From positions 3,672 to 67,671 of the forward strand of contig CAZWPT010000003.1 in NCBI GenBank assembly GCA_964635675.1: a DNA stretch of 64,000 bases, in the 5' to 3' direction. The stretch comes from an uncultured Nitrososphaerota archaeon (GTDB lineage: Archaea; Thermoproteota; EX4484-205; JAAOZP01). Shown here piece by piece: positions 55,991 to 64,000 of the stretch (position 1 is its first letter; every line of letters begins with the position of its first letter). The notes under the pieces were generated by a model. It was not told the DNA's origin. It saw only the letters and a program-made list of their open reading frames with translations, and made no database searches. Both the position numbers and the translations under genes were made by a program.

Positions 55991-58768
55991 GTGTCCTTTA
56001 GGCTAATGGGAAAATTTTTTAGCACGTGTTTCAATGTTTCTAAGAAAAGGTGTCTGCTCGCTATGGAGAACTGGATCTTGGGAACCGAGGTCAGGAGCGT
56101 CGCGTCGAACGTTAGGCTCCCTTTTAACCGCCTCATAGTTCTCAACGATGGATGGATGTTTACAACCGATTCTGAGGAAAAGCTGACACATGAGGCAGTC
56201 AGCTCCGTGAAGGAAGCCAGGAGGGCTAGAGCGGGCCTACCTTGGGAAGCACAGTTCCCGGATCTCATAGACTACGACGGGGCTGCATGGTATTGGCGGG
56301 ACTTCAGCATCCCCGAGAGTCTTAAGGGTAAGAGGATAATCCTAAGGTTCGACGCCGCGGACTATGAGGCCACAGTATGGTTGAATGGGGTTGAGCTCGG
56401 CTCCCATAAGGGAGGCTACACTCCCTTCGAATTTGAAGCGACGAGTATCGTCAAGTTCAACGGTGAGAATAGGCTGGTTGTCAGGATTTACGACCCTAAG
56501 GATTGCTCCGAGGTTCCGAACGGCAAACAGTCCCATTACTGCAATATCGGCGGCCTCTGGCAGGGGGTTAGCATCCTTATCAGAGAGAAGGTTTACGTGC
56601 ACTCAGCCTTCGTAGTGCCGGATGTTGATAACTCTAGGATTATGGTTCGCCTAGTTCTTTCCCACGCTGAGGAGGCTCCTGGGGAAGGGCTTAGGCTAGT
56701 CCTCAGGGTTTCTCCAACAGGTGAGGAAAGGATTGTTGAAGTATCGAGGGGGAGACCTGTCTACGACGTGGAGATACCTATCCGTGAACTGAGACCATGG
56801 TCTCCAGAATCCCCATTTCTATACAGGCTTGAGATAATTCTCTTCGGGGAAGGGGTTGAAGACGCTTGTTTCGTAGACTTCGGAATGAGGAGGATCGAGG
56901 CGCGGGGGAACATAATCCTCCTTAACGGTGAACCCTTATACCTTATGGGAGCGCTCGACCAGGATTTCTACCCTGACGTGGTATACGGCACGCCCCCGGA
57001 CGAAACTCTTAGAGACCAGTTCCTGAAATCTAGAGAACTGGGGTTAAACTTTCTGAGGACCCATATTAAAATCCCGTGTCCAAACTACCTTGACTGGGCA
57101 GATAGGCTTGGAGTCATGCTTTGGATCGATTTTCCGAGCTTCTACAAGTTCACCGAGGAGGCGAAGAAAAGGATGAGGAGGGAGCTTGAAGAATGGATTT
57201 GGAGGGATTTCAATCATCCCTCAGTCTTCTGCTGGTGCCTTGTCAACGAGGAGTGGGGTGTTCCGCTTGCTGAAAACCCGGAGGCTAGACAGTGGCTTAA
57301 AGAAATGTGGCTGCTGGTTAAGAAGCTAGACCCCACTAGGCTTGTCGTAGACAATTCTCCCGCGAACGCGGGTCACATCGTTAGCGACATAGAGGACCAG
57401 CATGTCTACAAGGCTATACCCGACCATGCTTGGGAGTTCGAAGAGTGGGTTGAGGATTTTTCTAAACACCCAGCCTGGACTTTCAGGTTTCCCGAATCTG
57501 AGAGAAGGGGTTTTGAACCCCTGATGGTTTCAGAGTTCGGCAACTGGGGGCTTCCGGATGTTGAGGAGATTCTCCGTTACTATGATTGGATAGACCCATA
57601 CTGGTTTAACCAGGCGAGCTACGGCGGGCCAATTCGTACAGGTATTAACGAGTTCTTTAGGCTAAGGTTGGATGAAGCTTACGGCTCGTTGAAAAAGCTT
57701 TCGGAAGCTACTCAAAAGCATCAGCTTGACTCCCTGAAGTTTGAGATAGAAACAATGAGGCTTCATCCCGAGATAGTTGGCTACGTAATAACCCAGTTTA
57801 CAGATTTGAACAGTGAGAGCAACGGCCTCATGGATATGTGCAGGAGAGAGAAATTTTTACACCGTTTCATGAGATTATTCCAAGCGCAGGATGTTGTCGT
57901 AATAAGGCCTAGAAAATGGAGTTACCTCGAGGGTGAAGAAGCCAGGGTGAAAATATATGTTTCAAGGTTTTCAGCTGTTGAGCCGAAGACTGTGGAATGG
58001 TGGGTTGAAAACACTCCTCTGAGCGGTGTATTAAAGAAGGTTGAGGTTAAAAGGGCTGGTTGCGTTGAGGTTGGAGAGGCGTGTTTCAAGGTTCCAGAGG
58101 CCCACCATCCGGGGAAGCTAACCGTATGGGCAAGGCTGCTGGACGACGGTGGGAGAGAGGTCTCTCGAAACTACCAGGAGCTTCTGGTCCTACCGTCATG
58201 GTCCGTCAGGACCAGTGGGGAAATACGCGTGTTCGGAGTGGAAGAGAACATTGTGGAGAAGCTTAAGGAGACGGGCTTAACCATCGCTGAACCCGGTGAA
58301 TCCAGCATAGCCGTATCTTTAGGGCTTGTTGAAGAGGCTATTAGCCTTGTTGAGAAAGGGGGTAGGGTACTCTTTCTCCTAGAAGAGGTGGAGGCGGGGT
58401 CGTTATTATTCAGCAGATTCCGACTGGCCGATAGGAGGGAGAAAGGACGCTGGGGGGACTGGTGCACATCATTCCTCTGGCTTAAGAATAATGTTACGGG
58501 CAGGCTTTTTTACGAGGGACACTTGGGAATGCCGTTCATAGAATGTGTTCCAAGCATGGTTTTAGAAGCTCTAAGCCCCGGCGACATGAGGAACGCTCTA
58601 GGCGGGATTTTCCTCGGCTGGATGCGGGAGCCGGCTGCTACAATAGTTACCGTCAAACTGGGCCTCGGCCTCGCCGTCCTCTGCACTTTCAGGCTGATTA
58701 AGAACCTCGTTAAGGACCCTGTTTCAACCGCACTATTCTGCTCGCTGGTTGACCTAATGGTTTCATAG
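55991..58768 (+). CDS. GH2-family glycosidase (beta-galactosidase/beta-mannosidase/beta-glucuronidase-like)
   Basis: 925 aa. GH2 sugar-binding domain (AAWYWRDFSIPESLKGKRIILRFDAADYEATVWLNGVELGSHKGGYTPFEF) and TIM-barrel region with WCLVNEEWG. The true start could be 56006 (TATA-like AATATTTAAA 26 nt upstream) or 56063 (MENW). Confidence 0.8.
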   Translation: MSFRLMGKFFSTCFNVSKKRCLLAMENWILGTEVRSVASNVRLPFNRLIVLNDGWMFTTDSEEKLTHEAVSSVKEARRARAGLPWEAQFPDLIDYDGAAWYWRDFSIPESLKGKRIILRFDAADYEATVWLNGVELGSHKGGYTPFEFEATSIVKFNGENRLVVRIYDPKDCSEVPNGKQSHYCNIGGLWQGVSILIREKVYVHSAFVVPDVDNSRIMVRLVLSHAEEAPGEGLRLVLRVSPTGEERIVEVSRGRPVYDVEIPIRELRPWSPESPFLYRLEIILFGEGVEDACFVDFGMRRIEARGNIILLNGEPLYLMGALDQDFYPDVVYGTPPDETLRDQFLKSRELGLNFLRTHIKIPCPNYLDWADRLGVMLWIDFPSFYKFTEEAKKRMRRELEEWIWRDFNHPSVFCWCLVNEEWGVPLAENPEARQWLKEMWLLVKKLDPTRLVVDNSPANAGHIVSDIEDQHVYKAIPDHAWEFEEWVEDFSKHPAWTFRFPESERRGFEPLMVSEFGNWGLPDVEEILRYYDWIDPYWFNQASYGGPIRTGINEFFRLRLDEAYGSLKKLSEATQKHQLDSLKFEIETMRLHPEIVGYVITQFTDLNSESNGLMDMCRREKFLHRFMRLFQAQDVVVIRPRKWSYLEGEEARVKIYVSRFSAVEPKTVEWWVENTPLSGVLKKVEVKRAGCVEVGEACFKVPEAHHPGKLTVWARLLDDGGREVSRNYQELLVLPSWSVRTSGEIRVFGVEENIVEKLKETGLTIAEPGESSIAVSLGLVEEAISLVEKGGRVLFLLEEVEAGSLLFSRFRLADRREKGRWGDWCTSFLWLKNNVTGRLFYEGHLGMPFIECVPSMVLEALSPGDMRNALGGIFLGWMREPAATIVTVKLGLGLAVLCTFRLIKNLVKDPVSTALFCSLVDLMVS

Positions 58769-58811
58769 GAGGCTTTCAATCTGTTTTGCCCGGGCACGCG
58801 TGAAAATCGGT

Positions 58812-60326
58812 TTAGAAAGACAGTAACACTTGCCAGATGAACAAGTATCCGAGCGAGTCGATCTCCTCCCAGACCCTTTTTAACAGACCCTCGTCCCCAG
58901 AGATCTCTGCAATCTCCCTGCGTTTCTCATCCCAAGGAATGCAGGAACCAGGTTTCACCCCCGGCTTTTTCAGCGTGGCTTCCGGCATACTAGCAACCCT
59001 TTCCAGACTAGAATGCTTCAAGCCCTCGGAGCCTCGTTCATACTTGCCATAGTTGCGTGTAAAATCAGTCATCGCCTTCACGTTTTCCACCTTGGCATCA
59101 TTCTGAATAATCGCTGACGCATCCATGATGTATCCTCCGTCTGAAGAAATAGTGTCAATGATCTTCTTGCAGTAGCGACGAACCTCGTCAGGCGTCCCGA
59201 TGGTAAGCAGCCAGTTGGGCAGGCCTCCGCTTAAACAGAACCTACGGCCTAGTTTCCTATGTGTTTCCGAGACATCGCTTCTATCTATGTGGAAGACTAT
59301 GCTGCCCTCGGGCAGTTCTGCAAAACTGTCTAAGTGTGGTGTCCAGTCTCCTTCAGCGTAGAAAAGCACCCGGTGCCCGTGGGACCAGAGCTCCTCCACG
59401 ATAGGCTTCAGAGTACGCCAATGAATGTTTTTAAAATGGTTCATGCTGATGAACGGTATAGAGGTGCGATGCATCCAGAAGCCTATGGGTATTTTCTTCT
59501 CAGGGTCGGCGGTCATGCGTGCAACCTCTGCCAAGTGTGGGGCGAGTGCTTCACAGGCTTCAAGCACCTTTCCAGGCTGCCTGTGTAGATCCTTAGCTAA
59601 GCCAACATAGCCGCGCAGCTTATCGGCAATAATATCAAGAGGGGCTTTGAGAATACCGGCTATAGCGGATACGGTTCCAGCCTCCCTCCTCATTCTCTCC
59701 ACCTGGGGTCCAAACGCGTTAAAGTATTCACTCATCGCCATGGCTCCCTTTACAAGCGCAAGCCTGCTCCGATATTGGCAGCCAGACGCTTCCGCACCTA
59801 TATCGCTTGAAACACGTGGCAGCCAGACGTTGTACAGGAACGCCGTAGGGTCGTCGATCAGCAAGTTATACTCATTTGGCTTCATAAACGCTTTCTCCTC
59901 AGGAGGCTCAAGATACTGGAATGCCGTCTCGGGAGGAATGTCTACGCCGGGTATAGCATAGTATTTCAGGCCCAGGGCCTGCGTCAAACCCGTCCAGACG
60001 TAGACCATGTTGGCGACCATCGCATCCCAGTCGAAATCCCTGGCGCATTTCAACACTGCTTCAAAAGCCTTCCTGTAGTCGTGCGTCACCTCCTGACAGG
60101 TATAGCCGGCATACTTCGCGGTAAACTCGGCGACGAAAGGGCGAATCGGGATGCAATCAGGTTTTTCATTACACATAGCGGTTAAATAGCGTTTTAACCT
60201 CTCCTGGTAAAGCTGCTCTTTTTCACCCATCTCAACGGCCCCCGTCAGTCTCAGTATTTCAACCAGCCTCATCCTTAAATGCTTTGCACCGTTGGAAGAA
60301 GAATTAGAAGGCTCTCGACTTTTCAT
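58812..60326 (-). CDS. Distant URO-D/MtaA-superfamily-like protein, paralog 6 (longer, with N-terminal extension)
   Basis: 504 aa. The C-terminal ...CLSGGLPNWLLTIGTPDEVRRYCKKIIDTISSDGGYIMDASAIIQND parallels ...CLVGNVDPRVIEYGTKSDVEREVERCL..GGKEGYILSASANISIN of paralog 1. The H-x-[CD]-G position reads FYAEGD here. Confidence 0.45.
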   Translation of the reverse strand: MKSREPSNSSSNGAKHLRMRLVEILRLTGAVEMGEKEQLYQERLKRYLTAMCNEKPDCIPIRPFVAEFTAKYAGYTCQEVTHDYRKAFEAVLKCARDFDWDAMVANMVYVWTGLTQALGLKYYAIPGVDIPPETAFQYLEPPEEKAFMKPNEYNLLIDDPTAFLYNVWLPRVSSDIGAEASGCQYRSRLALVKGAMAMSEYFNAFGPQVERMRREAGTVSAIAGILKAPLDIIADKLRGYVGLAKDLHRQPGKVLEACEALAPHLAEVARMTADPEKKIPIGFWMHRTSIPFISMNHFKNIHWRTLKPIVEELWSHGHRVLFYAEGDWTPHLDSFAELPEGSIVFHIDRSDVSETHRKLGRRFCLSGGLPNWLLTIGTPDEVRRYCKKIIDTISSDGGYIMDASAIIQNDAKVENVKAMTDFTRNYGKYERGSEGLKHSSLERVASMPEATLKKPGVKPGSCIPWDEKRREIAEISGDEGLLKRVWEEIDSLGYLFIWQVLLSF

Positions 60327-60398
60327 TAGAACGAAGAGAGGCGACGGTTCACGAGGAAAGACTAATATCCTTTAACTTCTCTCTAAAAGCGGTTAAAA

Positions 60399-61229
60399 AT
60401 GGGGAGCCTGAAAATAGGTGTAGCATTATGGTCGTTAGGATTGACTAGGAACGAGTCGGAGTTTAAGGCGGCTCTTAAAACCGCGAGTAGAATCGGCGTC
60501 AAAGGTGTGCAACTCTTTTGCGTCGACTACTCGCCTTCGGAACCATGCTTCCTGGATCCGGATAGGTGTGTAGGCGTTGAAAGGAGGAGGATTCTGGAGC
60601 TGGTGGAGTCATATGGGCTTGAGATAACCGGGTTCTGCGCTCAACTCACAGGACCAATGGACCCCGGTATGCCATGGCCGGGCTCCGCTCTCGGAGACCC
60701 GAGGGGTCTTGAGAAGAGGATTGAAAAAACAATGAGGGCTCTGGAGCTGGCTTCAGACATGGGCTCGAAAGTGGTTACGACCCATCCCGGTGAAATACCT
60801 TCAGACGCATCGAGCAATAAGTATAGAGTGATGCTTGATTCCTGCAGGATTCTTGCTAAGCATGCTGAACAGGTTGGCGCCGCATTCTGTATAGAGACGG
60901 GGCAGGAGCCGGCTGAGGTCCTCAGGCGTCTGCTAGAGGAAGTCGGCAGCGAAGGATTGAAGGTTAACTATGATCCTGCAAACATGCTTCGCTACGGTGT
61001 GGTTGAGGGTGTGAGAACCCTGGCCCCATGGATTGTACATACTCATGCTAAGGATTACAACCCGGTAACGAAGCGTGCAACAGTAGGCGAAGGCCTAGTG
61101 CCCTGGGATGATTACGTAAACGCGTTGAAGTCGATAAACTATTCAGGATGGTTTGCGATCGAGGATGAAACCGGTATTGACGTTGTCGAATCCATTAGGC
61201 GTGGCAAAGCATTCTTAGAAAAATACTAG
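60399..61229 (+). CDS. Sugar phosphate isomerase/epimerase (xylose-isomerase-like TIM barrel)
   Basis: 276 aa. LKIGVALWSLG...GVKGVQLF N-terminus and ...VHTHAKDY... pattern of the PF01261-like family. Confidence 0.7.
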   Translation: MGSLKIGVALWSLGLTRNESEFKAALKTASRIGVKGVQLFCVDYSPSEPCFLDPDRCVGVERRRILELVESYGLEITGFCAQLTGPMDPGMPWPGSALGDPRGLEKRIEKTMRALELASDMGSKVVTTHPGEIPSDASSNKYRVMLDSCRILAKHAEQVGAAFCIETGQEPAEVLRRLLEEVGSEGLKVNYDPANMLRYGVVEGVRTLAPWIVHTHAKDYNPVTKRATVGEGLVPWDDYVNALKSINYSGWFAIEDETGIDVVESIRRGKAFLEKY

Positions 61230-61269
61230 CCGGGATGGCTCAGCCTTAACGCCTAACGCTTTTTCCGTC

Positions 61270-62424
61270 CTACTTAAAACTCGATAAAACCCTCAGCCTG
61301 TTTCCAGTTCTCGAGGACTGAATCGACTTTATCATTATTTCACTGACATGCATACCCCATTCTAGGCTTGGCAGAGGCTCCTTATCGTTCAGTATGCAGT
61401 TGAAAAAGTGTTCAGTCGACGCTTGATAGTAGTTCCAGGGTGGGAAATCCTGCTTGGGAATACAGTACCAGCCTTCCGGCGAATAGTACTTGCTCTCCTT
61501 ACGCTTCGTCATTACGGATATCGCTGCCGACCCGCCTAGGAGTAGAGCACCATCACTACCGTAAATCTCTATATCAGGCATGTTTCCAACACCATTCCTG
61601 AGGCCGTCTGGAGTAACGAAGTTGGCTATGACACACCCTAGGCTCCCGTTTCTCATGCTTAACAGCGTGAACGTGTTGTCCTCCGCCCCCATCTTTATCC
61701 GTTTAGTGGGCTTCGCGGTGGCAAGCTTCTTCCAGAACGGCTCGTAGGGCTTTTGGGAGAGGTGCTCCGTGAAGAATTCTTCCGGAACTATGAACCTCTC
61801 CAGTATGGATATCTTCGCCATTCCAGCCACCGATGAAGCCGGGCCTAAAAGGAAGGTTAGCGCAGCTATCTGGTATACTCCGAGGTCGAAAAGAGGTCCT
61901 CCTGCCTGCCTGGTGAAGAAGGTTTCCTCACCCCAGGTGGGTGGGCCTCTCCCCAGTCCTGCTCTAAACCAGTAGACCTCTCCTATGGCTCCCTCCTCAA
62001 GTATGCTTTTAGCCTTCAGGTATAAAGGGTTCATCTGCACGTTTGGCTCGACAAGCGCCTTAACACCGGCCTTTTTAATCGCATTGAAAACTTTCCTTGC
62101 ATCCCTCATGCTCGTCGCCAACGGCTTCTGAATCAAGAGGTGTTTCCCAGCCTTCGCCGCCCTCGTTGCATGGTCTGCATGCATACCCATGCCTGACAGT
62201 ATGAAGACAGCTTCGATATCGGCTTTTCTCAGCATCTCGTCGATATCCGTGTAGTACTCTTTAGCACCCCACAGCTCCATGCTTCTCTTAGCCCTTTCCT
62301 TAATCCTGTCGCACGTTGCCACAAGCTCACCCTTCTCCACTATAGCTGGAAAATAGGCCTCGTTGGCAACAACGCCGCATCCCACGACTCCGCATTTCAC
62401 CTTCCGGTCCCCCATCGCCTTCAC
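61270..62424 (-). CDS. Gfo/Idh/MocA-family NAD(P)-dependent oxidoreductase
   Basis: 384 aa. N-terminal Rossmann VKCGVVGCGVVANEAYFPA, with size and layout of the family. Confidence 0.8.
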   Translation of the reverse strand: MKAMGDRKVKCGVVGCGVVANEAYFPAIVEKGELVATCDRIKERAKRSMELWGAKEYYTDIDEMLRKADIEAVFILSGMGMHADHATRAAKAGKHLLIQKPLATSMRDARKVFNAIKKAGVKALVEPNVQMNPLYLKAKSILEEGAIGEVYWFRAGLGRGPPTWGEETFFTRQAGGPLFDLGVYQIAALTFLLGPASSVAGMAKISILERFIVPEEFFTEHLSQKPYEPFWKKLATAKPTKRIKMGAEDNTFTLLSMRNGSLGCVIANFVTPDGLRNGVGNMPDIEIYGSDGALLLGGSAAISVMTKRKESKYYSPEGWYCIPKQDFPPWNYYQASTEHFFNCILNDKEPLPSLEWGMHVSEIMIKSIQSSRTGNRLRVLSSFK

Positions 62425-62568
62425 CTCTCAGCGTGCAATCTCAAAGGATTCATTTAAAGTTATCTCTATTGGCAGCAAAAATAAAAAACATCTAATACAG
62501 GTTGCAATGGAACGAGTATTTGCATACCGACTTAAAAATTTAAGTAGTATGTTGAAAAGATTCAACCT

Positions 62569-63297
62569 ATGAAGACTAGGTATGAGGAAATGACTCCCAG
62601 AGAGTTTCTAGAAGCGGTTGAAAAGATGCCGGTCTTCATAGTTCCAACGGGTCTTCTCGAATGGCATGGTGACCATCTTCCTCTTGGACAAGACGCGTTA
62701 AAGGCTTACGGCATATGTCTGCGAGTCGCTGAGAAGCTTGGAGGCGGCATAGTTCTCCCCCCTAACTATTGGGGGAGGCCGGGCTTTTCAACATACGTAG
62801 GAACCTTAACGTTCAGCGACGGTTTGATTCGAATGCTCTTCTGGGAGCTCTTTGAACAGCTGAGGAAGGTTGGGGCGAAGCTGATACTCGTCGTCACAGG
62901 CCACTACGGCCCTTGCCAAGTCGACTGCCTAAAGGGAGTGGCGGATGATTTTAACAGGTGTCACCCGGATGTTCATGTGACCGTCCAGCCTGAGTATGAG
63001 GGCGTTGAGGTCGACGGGGAAACGCCTGCGGATCATGCTGGCAAGTGGGAGACCTCGATGTTCTGGTACATGTATCCCCACCTCACGGTGCTCGAGGACT
63101 TCAAACCCGGGAGAATTGAGGTATATAACTATCCTGATGCGCCATACAACTATTATCGTGAAAACTCGGTGTGGGAGTGGCGGGAGGACCTTAGAACGGT
63201 TGCCTCGCGGGAGCTTGGAAGAAAGGCTGTAGACATCATAGTGGACCATCTGGTTGAACTGGTTAGGCGAAAGCTGGAAGAGCGGGAGGGACGCTGA
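62569..63297 (+). CDS. Creatininase/ArfB-family amidohydrolase
   Basis: 242 aa. PTGLLEWHGDHLPLGQDAL matches the creatinine amidohydrolase family metal-binding motif. Confidence 0.65.
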   Translation: MKTRYEEMTPREFLEAVEKMPVFIVPTGLLEWHGDHLPLGQDALKAYGICLRVAEKLGGGIVLPPNYWGRPGFSTYVGTLTFSDGLIRMLFWELFEQLRKVGAKLILVVTGHYGPCQVDCLKGVADDFNRCHPDVHVTVQPEYEGVEVDGETPADHAGKWETSMFWYMYPHLTVLEDFKPGRIEVYNYPDAPYNYYRENSVWEWREDLRTVASRELGRKAVDIIVDHLVELVRRKLEEREGR

Positions 63298-63302
63298 GGC
63301 TG

Positions 63303-64000
63303 TTAAGCTTTCCTTCTTATCCCGATGACAATGATGAGGCACGCTATAAGCATTAAAACACCCATAGTGCTGAAAGTCAACCTATACCCGTAGGCTTGGC
63401 TAAGCAGGCCGATCGACATCGGGGTGAGCATGCTCGCTATGTTCCAGGAAGAGTTGAACAGGCCCATGGCAACACCCCTTTTATCCTGGTCGACAAGCTC
63501 GGAGGCAAATGCTGAACTAGCCCCGGAGAAAGATCCCCAGACAAAGCTGTAGAGCACCATGGCGAGCAGAGCCCCTTCAAAGCCACTGGCCATGGAGTTG
63601 GCAAACATGTATGTTGCGCACAACACGTAGGCGACCAGCACTATTGTCTTACGCCCAAGCCTATCCGAAAGGTGGCCGAAAAACACGTTAAGCGGTATTT
63701 CTAGCCAGCTGGTGAGACTCAGCAACAGCGTGGCTGTCACCATGCCGAGCCCCAGCTCAAACGCGTAGAACATCGGCACATACACGTTCTTCGTGAAATC
63801 AGCCATGAAGAAGAGCATGCTTCCGGAGAGAAACGCTAGAAAAGGGGCTCCCAGCCTGGAGATCGGGCTCGCGGAACCGCCTCCGATCCTCTTCCTCGTA
63901 TTGGAAGCATGGCCTCTAACCCTTAAGCCGAGGTGAACTATAGTGAGCGAGGCGAAATAGAGGAGTGAGCAAAGTCCGAAAAAGTAGCCTCCCCCCAACT
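63303..64000 (-). CDS. MFS transporter (partial; N-terminal half lies beyond the window end)
   Basis: At least 231 aa and about 6 TMs. GHLSDRLGRK MFS loop motif. The ORF runs to the window edge, so the start is not observed. Confidence 0.6.
   Translation of the reverse strand, partial: LGGGYFFGLCSLLYFASLTIVHLGLRVRGHASNTRKRIGGGSASPISRLGAPFLAFLSGSMLFFMADFTKNVYVPMFYAFELGLGMVTATLLLSLTSWLEIPLNVFFGHLSDRLGRKTIVLVAYVLCATYMFANSMASGFEGALLAMVLYSFVWGSFSGASSAFASELVDQDKRGVAMGLFNSSWNIASMLTPMSIGLLSQAYGYRLTFSTMGVLMLIACLIIVIGIRRKA

Overview
The window looks archaeal, at about 47-48% GC. The evidence for this is AT-rich TATA boxes (TTTATAAA-like) 21-26 nt upstream of start codons with little or no leader, a HEPN-MNT pair, a TrmB-like regulator, an Lhr helicase, HypA with an ATPase-type (Mrp/MinD) HypB-like partner, and ectodomains dense in N-x-S/T sequons. 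I could not find any rRNA, tRNA, CRISPR array, transposase or integrase. The window falls into four parts. (1) 0.3-8 kb holds housekeeping and envelope genes: a class I GAPDH, a PP-loop tRNA-thiolase-like ATPase, a GT4 glycosyltransferase, a TrmB-like regulator, a sugar-1-P nucleotidyltransferase, a DHH phosphoesterase and UppP. (2) 8-17 kb is an unusual envelope module. It contains an 1810-aa protein that fuses a complete GH2-like ectodomain to an FtsX/MacB-type permease module with no ABC ATPase gene nearby. This is divergently paired, 49 bp apart, with a 778-aa polytopic membrane protein that may be GT-C-like. That gene overlaps a UbiA-family gene closely resembling decaprenyl-phosphate phosphoribosyltransferase (DPPR synthase). 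(3) 17-22 kb holds a mutarotase-like hypothetical, an Lhr helicase and a flavin-reductase-like protein, followed by a 680-bp AT-rich intergenic region carrying hairpins and palindromes. (4) 23-64 kb is a carbohydrate-utilisation island. It contains GH36, two GH38 alpha-mannosidases, GH2, two tandem GHL-like TIM barrels with CxCxxC motifs, an LmbE/PIG-L deacetylase, an ADP-ribosylglycohydrolase-family protein, a PfkB kinase, FucI-like and TIM-barrel sugar isomerases, Gfo/Idh/MocA, a DUF6807/PmoA-like protein, a creatininase-family protein and an MFS transporter. Interspersed among these are six divergent paralogs of the uroporphyrinogen-decarboxylase/MtaA (URO-D) superfamily. These sit next to or in operons with the glycoside hydrolases, and no corrinoid-protein partner is visible. 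This paralog expansion is the most striking unexplained feature and the best candidate for an undescribed system. All family assignments rest on motifs I recognised by eye; no searches were run.
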